Made by a program: the position numbers and the translations under genes. A stretch of 64,000 nucleotides of DNA from a virus, in the IMG/VR virus record IMGVR_UViG_3300042887_002430, positions 1 to 64,000 of that record; one strand, 5' to 3'. The notes under the pieces are model-generated. The model did no database searches. It was not told the origin of the DNA and worked only from the letters and a program-made list of their open reading frames with translations. Below are positions 9,118-18,699 of this stretch, piece after piece. How positions within the stretch are numbered: position 1 is the first letter of the stretch; the number at the start of each line of letters is the position of its first letter.

Positions 9118-10088
9118 TATAAATATTTTGGATTATGTACTGCATATTTTGGATGTCTGCCAATCATTTCGGAAATGATATCTCTATGGTCATGGAACAT
9201 ATCAATATTGTTCATTATATCATCTACCGTAAACCATTTTAATTCGGCTGCATCATCAGCCGGTTTTAATTTCACATCATTTTCAAAATTAATATATGTT
9301 TCAAACATTACACAAGTTGTATTTCTGAGAATCCCACCAACATTTCTCAATGGAGAATCAAACATTTTATCTTCAACATAATCAACACCTATAACAGTTT
9401 TAACATCTAACCCAGTTTCTTCTAATAATTCTCTAACCGCACATTCATAAAATGTTTCATTATTATTCTTGAATCCTCCAGGAAGTGCCCATGTATCTTT
9501 ACCAGGGGCATGTTTTCTTTTAATTAAAAGAAAGCTATCAATACAATCATTATATACTAATGCATCAGCACAATTAAATTGTAGAGTATCTTTAAATGGA
9601 TAACTATCAAATAGTTTCTTTTCATTCTGATAATAATCCCATTCTTCTTGTACCTCGATAGGCATCAAGGTTTGAGAGAATAATGATTCTCTAATCTTGG
9701 TACCATTATCATTAGAACCGGATAATACTTCAACATAATTATACTCAGGAAACCAGTCCAAATATTGGTTATCAGGTTTCATATGTCCATATATTTTAAT
9801 ATCATTGGTAGGATATTCATTCAATATATCATGAACTTCTTTTAACCACAAATCATCTCTATATAGATAATCATTTAATGGATAGATAATTACATCTGGA
9901 AATTCTGATACTATTTTATCTCTACGTTCTTGATAGGTATAAGGATTTTTAATAGTTCTACATTTATTTACCGAACCCAATAATACGATACTATTATCAC
10001 ATTCTTGCATCATTTGTTTAATGATAGCTCTGTGACCATTATGAAAGGGTTGACATCTTCCAATGAATACACCATTTTTTTTATTCAT
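9117..10088 (-). CDS. Bifunctional NMN adenylyltransferase / Nudix hydrolase (NatV/NadM-Nudix)
   Basis: IGRCQPFHNGH; KNPY; WALPGGF..ETFYECAVRELLEETG Nudix box. Confidence 0.93.
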   Translation of the reverse strand: MNKKNGVFIGRCQPFHNGHRAIIKQMMQECDNSIVLLGSVNKCRTIKNPYTYQERRDKIVSEFPDVIIYPLNDYLYRDDLWLKEVHDILNEYPTNDIKIYGHMKPDNQYLDWFPEYNYVEVLSGSNDNGTKIRESLFSQTLMPIEVQEEWDYYQNEKKLFDSYPFKDTLQFNCADALVYNDCIDSFLLIKRKHAPGKDTWALPGGFKNNNETFYECAVRELLEETGLDVKTVIGVDYVEDKMFDSPLRNVGGILRNTTCVMFETYINFENDVKLKPADDAAELKWFTVDDIMNNIDMFHDHRDIISEMIGRHPKYAVHNPKYL

Positions 10089-10203
10089 TTTAAAATTCTC
10101 TTTATTATTTAAGATTATAACCCTTCCCGAAGGGAAGGGTTATTTCAATATTATTTTACAATATTTTTTACTTTTTTACAATTCAAAACATCTAAATATT
10201 CTT

Positions 10204-10428
10204 TTATCCCATCGTAATGTTATAAGAATTTTTATAAATATTTTTACATACTGATTCTATGAAATCATCTTTATCCATATATGAATGGACTTTTAAATCG
10301 GAAATATTATGAACTTTATGACCATCGGTTAAATCATCAACAATAATAATATCTATTATGCCTCTAGCATTTAAGGCTTTAATGATATTACTACCAATAA
10401 AGCCTGCACCGCCTGTTACAACAATCAT
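10204..10428 (-). pseudogene. hldD: Truncated ADP-L-glycero-D-manno-heptose 6-epimerase, N-terminal fragment only (74 aa)
   Basis: [36 protein letters not shown]...YMDKDDF then stop. Confidence 0.75.
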
Positions 10429-10436
10429 TATAATAC

Positions 10437-10598
10437 CTAGTCTATTTTTAAATTTTGTGATGTTAAATATCTTACAATAGCCTCCGATACAATTAACCGC
10501 AAGGACATAGGAATAGGTATTGTAGGATATTTTTCTCTTATTTCATTAGCCACCGTGGTGGCTAATTGCGAAATATGATGGTCTTTTAGTCCAGGCAT
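10437..10598 (-). CDS. Small hypothetical protein (53 aa, not in track)
   Basis: [25 protein letters not shown]...; fills the gap, overlaps previous stop. Confidence 0.5.
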   Translation of the reverse strand: MPGLKDHHISQLATTVANEIREKYPTIPIPMSLRLIVSEAIVRYLTSQNLKID

Positions 10599-11413
10599 AA
10601 TTTATCAAATTCCAAAAATTTGGCAAAACTTTCCGTAGCCATTCCTTGAGTTCCATTATTATTCAATAATTCCTGCATTGCTTGTGTTAATTGTTGAGAA
10701 TCATCAATAACACCTTCTTGTTTTAATAATTCTAATTTTTCATCATTGATTTTAATAGTATCATCCGTATTAGAATAATCAATAATATCTAATTCATCTA
10801 ACATATCTCTGGCGGTAGTTAGTTTTTCATCACCTAAAGATACTTTAGATGGAGTATCAATACAGCCTGCAAGGACAGCTTTAGCTAAGACTTTCTTTTG
10901 ATATTCAGATAAACTGATGGTGTGTAATTGTTGTTCTTCTGATTCGGTAATCATTTTTGATTCCTGTATATTGGTAATATGTATTTGTTTAGGGTTAAAA
11001 ACTATATATGAAAGATGTTCAATGTTATCATGTGGTGAATCTTCTGAAATAATAGCAGAATCATAACCAGCTTTAGTTAAGATGTCAATAAATAATTTCC
11101 CATCTACATCATCAAACTTTTCCCATGGTTGTTGATGATTATATAACCATCTAGTAGAACCACCATATTTTTGAAAATCATCTTCCATTTTTTCAGATAT
11201 ACCAGTAGACATATTGAACGGATGTTTTATATCTAATTCAGCTTCAATAATATATCCATTATCACCAGCATATCCTTTAGCAATATGTATATCTGGTGTA
11301 AAGAATATACCATGTCTTTTTATAATTTCTTTACCAAAAATGGTGGAATTATAACCGGTTTTGGTAATATCAAATTTTTCGAATTTTTGCGGAGTACCGT
11401 GATAGGCTTTCAT
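10586..11413 (-). CDS. ADP-ribosyltransferase-like (ART-PolyVal type) domain plus acidic C-terminal domain
   Basis: AYHGT..F..FD, GIFFTPD..IAKGYA, GYDSAI, YIVFNPKQI. Confidence 0.7.
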   Translation of the reverse strand: MKAYHGTPQKFEKFDITKTGYNSTIFGKEIIKRHGIFFTPDIHIAKGYAGDNGYIIEAELDIKHPFNMSTGISEKMEDDFQKYGGSTRWLYNHQQPWEKFDDVDGKLFIDILTKAGYDSAIISEDSPHDNIEHLSYIVFNPKQIHITNIQESKMITESEEQQLHTISLSEYQKKVLAKAVLAGCIDTPSKVSLGDEKLTTARDMLDELDIIDYSNTDDTIKINDEKLELLKQEGVIDDSQQLTQAMQELLNNNGTQGMATESFAKFLEFDKLCLD

Positions 11414-11913
11414 GATACATATGCCTGCTTATAGGTTTTAAATGGTCCTGTAATTCTCGTAATATTATTAATATTAACGATAGCTTGTGGTGCTAATTTT
11501 CCCATCCCTGATGGTACATAATCTTCAGTTTGTGGCGATTTTAAATATACTTTATATATTCCACCATGCGAATAATCTGTACCATGTTCATCTTCCATCA
11601 CAGATTGCCAATATTCTGGTTGTGATGTTGCGTAGAAACTATCTTTAGGAGCATCGGAAATATCATCATGGAAACGTTTTCCTTTTGAAAACAACTTATG
11701 ATAACTGCCTATCTTTTTCATTTGACGTTCTTTATTATAATATACATCATCATCTTCAATATATTCTAATTCATCATATAATGAATTATATAAATCTTCC
11801 ATAGCATCTAATGTAGTTTCACGAGTACCATCAAATTTTGGTAACGGAGACACATGATATAAAATATTATATTTTTCTGATTCAAACTGTTCGAACAATT
11901 CTTTTAATAACAT
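11410..11913 (-). CDS. Putative virion-internal protein, MLLKEL leader, possible ART-like fold (start reassigned to 11913)
   Basis: MLLKELFEQFESE; LYHVSP ... FYATSQPEYW ... IYKV. Confidence 0.55.
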   Translation of the reverse strand: MLLKELFEQFESEKYNILYHVSPLPKFDGTRETTLDAMEDLYNSLYDELEYIEDDDVYYNKERQMKKIGSYHKLFSKGKRFHDDISDAPKDSFYATSQPEYWQSVMEDEHGTDYSHGGIYKVYLKSPQTEDYVPSGMGKLAPQAIVNINNITRITGPFKTYKQAYVS

Positions 11914-11964
11914 ATCTATACTCATCAAATCTTCCCTACCCTTTAAGGGTAGTGAAGATTATTA

Positions 11965-12201
11965 TTAGAATGCTACTACAGATACAACGCAAGTAATTGG
12001 TGCATTGAATTCAACTGTAATAGTATTTACATCAACCGTTTTGATTGCAGCAGAAGCTGATAGTTCTTGTTTGAAATTAGTGGTACCAGTTACCGTATCA
12101 AATACCGATACTAACGGATAAGCACAATCCAAATTATGTACAACAGTGTGTTTTTTTACAGCAGTTTCACTGCTGGTATATCTAAAAGTTGTTAAAGCCA
12201 T
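11965..12201 (-). CDS. Small virion/tail-associated beta protein (HNL-motif domain)
   Basis: HTVVHNL..YPLVSVFD ..VDVNTITVEF; same module in 18700..19671; TAAATA upstream. Confidence 0.5.
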   Translation of the reverse strand: MALTTFRYTSSETAVKKHTVVHNLDCAYPLVSVFDTVTGTTNFKQELSASAAIKTVDVNTITVEFNAPITCVVSVVAF

Positions 12202-12260
12202 ATTATTATTCCTATTAAATTATAAAAACAAGTATTTATCAATATCTTATCAGCCAGTAT

Positions 12261-12848
12261 TCATATTTTACCATCAACAATTAAATGTAATTGCAATACC
12301 ACAATATGGGCATAAGCTATCGCATGAGACTTTTTGAAATCTGTCTCACTTTCCTTCATATATAAAAATTTTCTAACATGATTTCTATCTTGACAATACT
12401 TATCCAAATATTTTCTTTTACCTGGTCTAATAATAGCCATACAATCTGCTATTTCTAATATCGATTTAGGTCTTATTCTGTCTATAACTTCATAATGTTT
12501 AGATAATTGGAATAATTTTTCAACAACATATGAATGTCTTAATATCGACCAGTCTGGCTCAATTTTTAACAAATCTCTCATTTGTTGTTTATTTTCAAAT
12601 ATATCTAATACTGATAAATGTAACATATCAATTTTAAAATAATGATAATCCCCTGCTACATTATATGGAATAGCTGCCAGTTTTGTAATAGGGTCTATAG
12701 GAATATTCTGTAGATACACTCCCACGTTATGTTTCTTTATTTGATTATTGTTAATGATAGATGCATTAATACAGTTAAAATAATTTTTAGGATTAAAATG
12801 TGACGTTACGTCAATATCAATATCAGGTAATTTCATAGGATTTGACAC
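12261..12848 (-). CDS. Miniature DnaE (Pol III alpha)-like catalytic-core protein
   Basis: PDIDID, KHNVGVY, FKIDML, LFQL, AIIRPG, FKKSHAIAYA in 195 aa. Confidence 0.8.
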   Translation of the reverse strand: MSNPMKLPDIDIDVTSHFNPKNYFNCINASIINNNQIKKHNVGVYLQNIPIDPITKLAAIPYNVAGDYHYFKIDMLHLSVLDIFENKQQMRDLLKIEPDWSILRHSYVVEKLFQLSKHYEVIDRIRPKSILEIADCMAIIRPGKRKYLDKYCQDRNHVRKFLYMKESETDFKKSHAIAYAHIVVLQLHLIVDGKI

Positions 12849-13194
12849 CAGAAAAATATATCTTCTCTATACTTAAAACATTATTTTTAAATTCTTTAGT
12901 TTTTTTAATAGTTTCTATAACAGTATCACATGCTTCATCAAAATTATCAATTTTTAAATATGTACAAAAACCAGAAGTATCGTGATAGAATCCATATCCT
13001 TCACAAATACTCCCAAACATCCTCTTTAAATCATCATATTCATCTTTAGATAATTTGGTAGATGGTCTATCATTATCATCAAAATATAATAGATTATCCA
13101 GTTTAATAAGTATACCACCAATTTTTTCTAATTTAATCATCATTTTTACCATATAATTGTTGTAAAACTTCAAATAATTGCTCATCGTTAACAA
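12823..13194 (-). CDS. Hypothetical protein
   Basis: ORF in operon; likely start near 13143. Confidence 0.5.
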   Translation of the reverse strand: MLTMSNYLKFYNNYMVKMMIKLEKIGGILIKLDNLLYFDDNDRPSTKLSKDEYDDLKRMFGSICEGYGFYHDTSGFCTYLKIDNFDEACDTVIETIKKTKEFKNNVLSIEKIYFSGVKSYEIT

Positions 13195-13372
13195 TATAGA
13201 ATCGTTTAGAAGATGTTATATTATCTTTAGTATAGGTGAAGTTAATATAACAAGGATAACCATATCCAAATAATTTTAACAACCATCTAATAAATGATGC
13301 TATTACATATACTAATATAAAGAAAAATACTAATAATTCAACATTATGAAACATCATTCTTCCTAAAATCAT
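13133..13372 (-). CDS. Small membrane protein
   Basis: One hydrophobic segment. Confidence 0.5.
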   Translation of the reverse strand: MILGRMMFHNVELLVFFFILVYVIASFIRWLLKLFGYGYPCYINFTYTKDNITSSKRFYIVNDEQLFEVLQQLYGKNDD

Positions 13373-13403
13373 AGCCCCCGAAGGGGGCTATGATTTATCT
13401 TAT

Positions 13404-13817
13404 TTACCATGAAATATTTATTGAAAATCCATCATTAATTTTATCATGTTTAACATCCTGAAATACAATATTATACCCTAACGATGATATTTCAAAATTC
13501 AAACGACTTTTAATAATACTTTTATTATTACCATCAAACATTAATTTATTACGATAACAATTATCATATTTGTCAAAATACTTATTAATCAATGATTTAT
13601 CAACACAAAATATCTGTTCATATACGGTCAAATTGGACATAGTATCAAAAAATAAGATATCCATCCAACGTTTACCGGATTTAGCTGATTTTTTAATAGT
13701 TGGTTCAATAATATATTTCAATAAATTATTAGTACGTTCCGTTAAATCATCATAATTAATAGCTTCACTAGATGATATCATTGTTTGGGGTTCCCGATAC
13801 TTTAGCATACTCAACAT
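13404..13817 (-). CDS. Hypothetical protein
   Basis: ORF. Confidence 0.5.
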   Translation of the reverse strand: MLSMLKYREPQTMISSSEAINYDDLTERTNNLLKYIIEPTIKKSAKSGKRWMDILFFDTMSNLTVYEQIFCVDKSLINKYFDKYDNCYRNKLMFDGNNKSIIKSRLNFEISSLGYNIVFQDVKHDKINDGFSINISW

Positions 13818-14439
13818 CTAATCTATTAAGGACATTTTCATATAGATGTTCATCGATTGGTAAATTATCCAGAATAGATGTTAATACTTCATTATCTTCC
13901 AGACCATCCCATACTTTAATATAAGAACCATCTTTGTATCCTTTATTCTGTCTAAAGGCATTTAAACTATTTTTACCGATATATTTTTTATATAATGTAT
14001 CAAATGGTAAATTCAAGGTATAACATAATTGGAAGAACACATATTCATTAAATTCCCCGGCGGCAGCTTCACTAGCTAACATATCTACTAATGGTTTTGC
14101 ATCATCTTGATAATAGGTATCATCTTCATTAAACATGTCTTCAATATCTTTAACTGCAGTATTCAATAAATCATATACATAATTATCCGACATATCACTA
14201 TTATCTTTAATCATTTGACTAATACCAAAATGGATAATATCTACCAATTCCATATGTACTTGATTAATATCAGGTTTTTGTTGCTTCCACCATTTGTAAC
14301 CTAAATGGTCCATCAATTCTGCAGATTCTACCCAGATAGCTCTAGTATAATTATAATCCTGCAAAAACCACTCAGGATGAACCATTTTATTAAATTTATC
14401 TTGTAATTCTACCATCACTTTTAGTTTTTTTGCGTACAT
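13768..14439 (-). CDS. Dimeric all-alpha dUTPase/dCTPase
   Basis: ESAELMDH.GYKWWK, MELVDIIHF, KNSLNAFRQ.KGYK.G.Y.K.W.G.EDNE. Confidence 0.9.
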   Translation of the reverse strand: MYAKKLKVMVELQDKFNKMVHPEWFLQDYNYTRAIWVESAELMDHLGYKWWKQQKPDINQVHMELVDIIHFGISQMIKDNSDMSDNYVYDLLNTAVKDIEDMFNEDDTYYQDDAKPLVDMLASEAAAGEFNEYVFFQLCYTLNLPFDTLYKKYIGKNSLNAFRQNKGYKDGSYIKVWDGLEDNEVLTSILDNLPIDEHLYENVLNRLDVEYAKVSGTPNNDII

Positions 14440-14574
14440 TTGTGTATCCTATTAATTATAAAAAATATACCGAGATTCAGCATGGTTAATTATACTTTAA
14501 AATTTAATATTAAACAATAAAAATTTTAGATTTTTATTTTATGATGGGAAATATAATTCTGTGATTGACTAGAT

Positions 14575-14750
14575 ATTAGTAATAATAGATGTGGAATCGG
14601 CGGTTTAAAATAATGATTTCCTAATCCAGCACGGAAATCATTATTTTTTTTTGCTTTTACGTTTCATCACTATCTGACCCATTACCCGATACAACTAGAT
14701 AATAATCAGTTGGTACATAGCTCCACGTCAGGTCATCCCAACCTGTTTTA
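14575..14750 (-). ncRNA. TnpB omega/reRNA copy 1; predicted guide ATCTATTATTACTAAT...
   Basis: Conserved ACGTGGAG...TGAAACGT scaffold, 15-bp hairpin, end TTCCAC; substitutions between copies keep pairing. Confidence 0.75.
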
Positions 14751-15978
14751 TGTTGATTGCGGCATTCAAATCTCTATCGATTTTTAAGCCGCAGTCGCAA
14801 TTCATTGTTCGGTCAGATAACTTCATATCATGAAGCATCCCACACGAACTACACATTTTGGTACTCGGAAACCATCTATCAATAACCATAATTTCTTTCC
14901 CGTACCAATCTGCCTTATATATCAGTTGTCTTCTTAATTCAAACATCCCCACATCAGAAACAGCTTTTGATAGTTTCCGGTTCTTTACCATCCCTTTGAC
15001 ATTCAAATCTTCTATGCAGATATAATCATATTCATTCACTATCTTATGAGATAACTTATGCAAAAAATCTTTCCTACATCTTGATATCTTAGCATGAATC
15101 TTAGCTACAACAACTCTTTGTTTTTCATATCTATTTGAACCTTTGGTTTTTCGGCTCAATTCTCGTTGGGCTAACTTCAATTCCCGTTGATACTGATAAT
15201 AAAACTTTGGGGCACCAGAAAAATAACCATCACTTGTGACAACCACATCCTTAATGCCTACATCTATTCCTACTGCTTTGCCAGTTTTTGTCAATTCTTC
15301 AATCTCTTCTTCGCATGAAAAAGAAACATAATATTCACCACTAGCGGCTTTTATTAATGTGACCATTTTTGGGATTCCTTTTGGAATCCGATGCCAGTTG
15401 ACATCAATTATACCAATATTTGGCAATCTTAATAATTCACCAGCTATATAAATATTTGATATTCTGCGTTGGTCTAATTGATATCTAATTCGTTGTTCAT
15501 TCGTTTTTTTCTTATACTTGGGATATCCTGCACCCCTCTTGAAAAAATTACCATATGCCTTATCCAAATCAATTATCTTTTGTGTGATAACCGCACCAGT
15601 CGCATCATTTAACCAATTATATTTTTTCGTCTTTTTTAATTTAGTGATATATCTACTTAATCCAGCATATCCAAAAGATTCTTTGCGTCTTTCATATGCC
15701 TTAATCATCATCGATAATAAATGATTCCATACAAATCGCGCATGCCCAGACTCAACACGAAACATTTGTTTCTGCTGCTCTGTCAGTTTTGCCCTGAATT
15801 TATATGATACCATCTTTTTCATTTGACTTATTAATATCCATCGATTATAATTAAACTATATTTATTATTTATACAAAAAACAACCGCCGATGATTATTAA
15901 ATTGCCCTCGCGTCCTCTGCTCCATTTCATTTCGCAACCGTCCTGGGGGGGTCGTCGGCATCCTTGCCTCCTTCAATG
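14591..15978 (-). mobile_element. TnpB-only IS200/IS605/IS1341-like element, copy 1
   Basis: Homology with copy 2 runs from CATTGAAGGAGGC to CCGCCGATTCCAC; flanks unrelated. Confidence 0.9.
14728..15822 (-). CDS. tnpB: RNA-guided nuclease TnpB, catalytic residues intact
   Basis: GIDVG, IEDL, DRDLNAAINI; CSSCG/CDCG zinc finger. Confidence 0.95.
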   Translation of the reverse strand: MKKMVSYKFRAKLTEQQKQMFRVESGHARFVWNHLLSMMIKAYERRKESFGYAGLSRYITKLKKTKKYNWLNDATGAVITQKIIDLDKAYGNFFKRGAGYPKYKKKTNEQRIRYQLDQRRISNIYIAGELLRLPNIGIIDVNWHRIPKGIPKMVTLIKAASGEYYVSFSCEEEIEELTKTGKAVGIDVGIKDVVVTSDGYFSGAPKFYYQYQRELKLAQRELSRKTKGSNRYEKQRVVVAKIHAKISRCRKDFLHKLSHKIVNEYDYICIEDLNVKGMVKNRKLSKAVSDVGMFELRRQLIYKADWYGKEIMVIDRWFPSTKMCSSCGMLHDMKLSDRTMNCDCGLKIDRDLNAAINIKQVGMT

Positions 15979-16001
15979 TTATTTGTCAACAGGATATTCA
16001 T

Positions 16002-17000
16002 ATGGGTGAAGATTTATACAAGGTATTGGGGGTAGCAGAAGATGCTTCACCGGAAGAAATAAAAAAATCATATAAGAAATTAGCAATGAAATATCATCCT
16101 GACCGTAACAAGGGTGATAGCAAGGCTGAAGAAAAATTTAAAAGCATTTCAACCGCATATGATACATTATCCGACCCTACCAAACGGTCAAATTACGATA
16201 ACCGTAATCAAGGGTTCCAAGGATTTGGTGGTCATGGTGGTTTTAATTTCCATGATATTTTTGGTGATATGACTAGCCGTTCCACACAAGAAGTACCAAT
16301 AGATTTAACATATCAATTAACCATAACATTAGAAGAATCGTTCAATGGTACTCAACGAACTATCAAATATAATAAGTATGTTAAATGTGAAACATGTGAT
16401 GGTAAAGGTTCAGAGAATGAACAGTCTTTAATAAAATGTTCTTTATGTCATGGTTCTGGTGTATTAGTACATCATAATGGGCCGTTTGTATCACAACAAA
16501 CATGTTATGCTTGTCATGGAAAGGGTAAAAAACATACCAATCCGTGTACAGATTGTAATGGTGAAGGGAATGTTCAAGAACGAGTTACGGTAGATATCAA
16601 TATACCAAAAGGTGTCATCACGGGTAATAAACTCCAATTAAACCATAAAGGCCATTATCATAATGGTAAACTAGGTCAGTTATATATTTTGATAGAAGTT
16701 GAAGACCATCCAGTGTTTGCTAGACATGGTTATGATTTAGTTAAAAAATTATCAGTACCATTTACCAAACTATGTAATGGCGGAACAGTAAATATAGAAA
16801 CCATTGATGGTGAAATATCAATGAAAATTGCTGAAGGTACAGATATTGGTTCAGTGTTAAGAGTTAAAGGTAAAGGAATGCCACGGATGGGTTCACATGT
16901 TGTCGGGGATTTGAAATGTATCATAGAATGTGACATTCCTAAAAATCTAAATGATGAACAAAAACAAATACTTGATGAGTTCAGTAAAACCTTTTCTTAA
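16002..17000 (+). CDS. dnaJ: DnaJ chaperone
   Basis: J domain with HPD, G/F linker, four CxxCxGxG, C-terminal domain. Confidence 0.95.
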   Translation: MGEDLYKVLGVAEDASPEEIKKSYKKLAMKYHPDRNKGDSKAEEKFKSISTAYDTLSDPTKRSNYDNRNQGFQGFGGHGGFNFHDIFGDMTSRSTQEVPIDLTYQLTITLEESFNGTQRTIKYNKYVKCETCDGKGSENEQSLIKCSLCHGSGVLVHHNGPFVSQQTCYACHGKGKKHTNPCTDCNGEGNVQERVTVDINIPKGVITGNKLQLNHKGHYHNGKLGQLYILIEVEDHPVFARHGYDLVKKLSVPFTKLCNGGTVNIETIDGEISMKIAEGTDIGSVLRVKGKGMPRMGSHVVGDLKCIIECDIPKNLNDEQKQILDEFSKTFS

Positions 17001-17078
17001 CAATGTATTGAATATTTAAAAAAATTATTATAATATATGCCTAACTATGGTTAGGCATATCTATTTGTTGGAGGCGGT

Positions 17079-17288
17079 GTGAATACTATAGAAAATGAAA
17101 ATAAGAATTTGATTAATGAAAATAAAAAACTAAAGGCACATATCTTAAAATTACAAGCTATGGTCAATGATTGTACAAAAAAATTGAAAAAAGAAAAATA
17201 TGAAAATAATAAATTAATACAGCAAGTTAATAAAGAAAAATACAATAATCACGAATTATCACAAAAATTGGCAAGATTTTTTAAATAG
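17079..17288 (+). CDS. Small coiled-coil protein
   Basis: GGAGG RBS, heptad pattern. Confidence 0.55.
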   Translation: MNTIENENKNLINENKKLKAHILKLQAMVNDCTKKLKKEKYENNKLIQQVNKEKYNNHELSQKLARFFK

Positions 17289-17296
17289 GATTTACC

Positions 17297-18631
17297 ATGA
17301 AAAACTATCTATCTTCAGACACACAAAAACTGATGATTGAATATATGATATCATCATCTGATGTTTTTATTATCGTTAATGATATTGTTAAACATGTATA
17401 TTTTGACCCTGAATATAGAAATAGTGTCAAATTCATAAAAAAATATTATGAAAAATATAATAATATCCCTACACCAGAAATGATTAATGGTGAAGTGGCA
17501 GTACAATATGAATTAATCACTGATATCACAAAGGATGCCGTTGAATATATTACGGATACTATTCAAGATTTTTGTAAAAATGAAGGTATGAAGTTGGCTA
17601 TTTTGAAGGCTTCTAATATTCTTCAAGATGAAGAGGGTAATAGTGATGAAATCATGACCCTTATTAAGAATGCTTATGAGATTGGTATTGCTAAAAGATT
17701 AGGGGTATCATTCTTTGATGAAGCTGAAGAAATGTTGCAGAAGATTGCTGAGGATGTTCCAGTATCTACAGGATGGCCATCATTAGATGATGCTATTGGT
17801 GGTGGATTAATGAAAAAATCATTAACTATATTTTCTGCATCATCGGGTGTTGGTAAATCATTATCGTTATATAATATAGCAAATAATTTATCTATCATGG
17901 GAAAGAGTTCATTAATTATCAGTTTAGAGTTAGATGAAGATAGAATTTATAAACGGTTAGCCGCTAATGTTACCCATATCAATCCAAGAAATTTAAAAGA
18001 TAAAATTGATGAAGCTATTATAAAAATTAAAGTAGCTCGTAAAACTCGTGGGGATATCATTTTAGTAAAGTTACCGAATGGTGCATGTTGCAATGAAATC
18101 GAAGCATTTTTGAAAGAATCTGAATTGAAACTAGGTAGAGTATTTGACTGTATTATGGTGGATTATATGGATATTATGTCACCTAATAATAAAAGTATCC
18201 CAGAATCAGATGTTTCAGCAAGAGATAAAGCTATTGCTGGTGAATTACGGGAAATAGGTGTTAGACATGATATCCCTATTGTTACTGCTGCCCAACAGAC
18301 CAAAGATGCAGAAGAAGCTAAAACATTGAATCATTCTCATTTATCTGGTGGTAAATATAAATCTAACATTTGCGATTTAATGATTTATGCTATTGCTACT
18401 GAGGAAATGAAAGCACAAGGAATGTTTAATTTTCTGTTAAAGAAAACTCGTGATTCTGATGGGGTTGGTAAGATTGTACCTATGGTTTGGGATAATAATG
18501 CTATGTTAATTAAAGAACCCAAACCAGGACAATTTGATGATATCCAAAGAAAATTACCTAATGATAAACAATTAAGTGATGCTAAAAAAAATGGTAATAA
18601 ACTTATGGGGTTTATGGACAACCTATCATAA
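17297..18631 (+). CDS. gp41/DnaB-like replicative helicase
   Basis: STGW..LD, SSGVGKS, ISLEL, VDYMD, TAAQ, KTR. Confidence 0.92.
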   Translation: MKNYLSSDTQKLMIEYMISSSDVFIIVNDIVKHVYFDPEYRNSVKFIKKYYEKYNNIPTPEMINGEVAVQYELITDITKDAVEYITDTIQDFCKNEGMKLAILKASNILQDEEGNSDEIMTLIKNAYEIGIAKRLGVSFFDEAEEMLQKIAEDVPVSTGWPSLDDAIGGGLMKKSLTIFSASSGVGKSLSLYNIANNLSIMGKSSLIISLELDEDRIYKRLAANVTHINPRNLKDKIDEAIIKIKVARKTRGDIILVKLPNGACCNEIEAFLKESELKLGRVFDCIMVDYMDIMSPNNKSIPESDVSARDKAIAGELREIGVRHDIPIVTAAQQTKDAEEAKTLNHSHLSGGKYKSNICDLMIYAIATEEMKAQGMFNFLLKKTRDSDGVGKIVPMVWDNNAMLIKEPKPGQFDDIQRKLPNDKQLSDAKKNGNKLMGFMDNLS

Positions 18632-18648
18632 TTTAATATAACAATATT

Positions 18649-18694
18649 ATCAGGATGGTAATATCATTATATATTATGATATTACCATCCTGAT
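18649..18694. terminator. Long (19-bp arm) inverted repeat between convergent genes
   Basis: atcaggatggtaatatcat ... atgatattaccatcctgat. Confidence 0.75.
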
Positions 18695-18699
18695 TTTTA

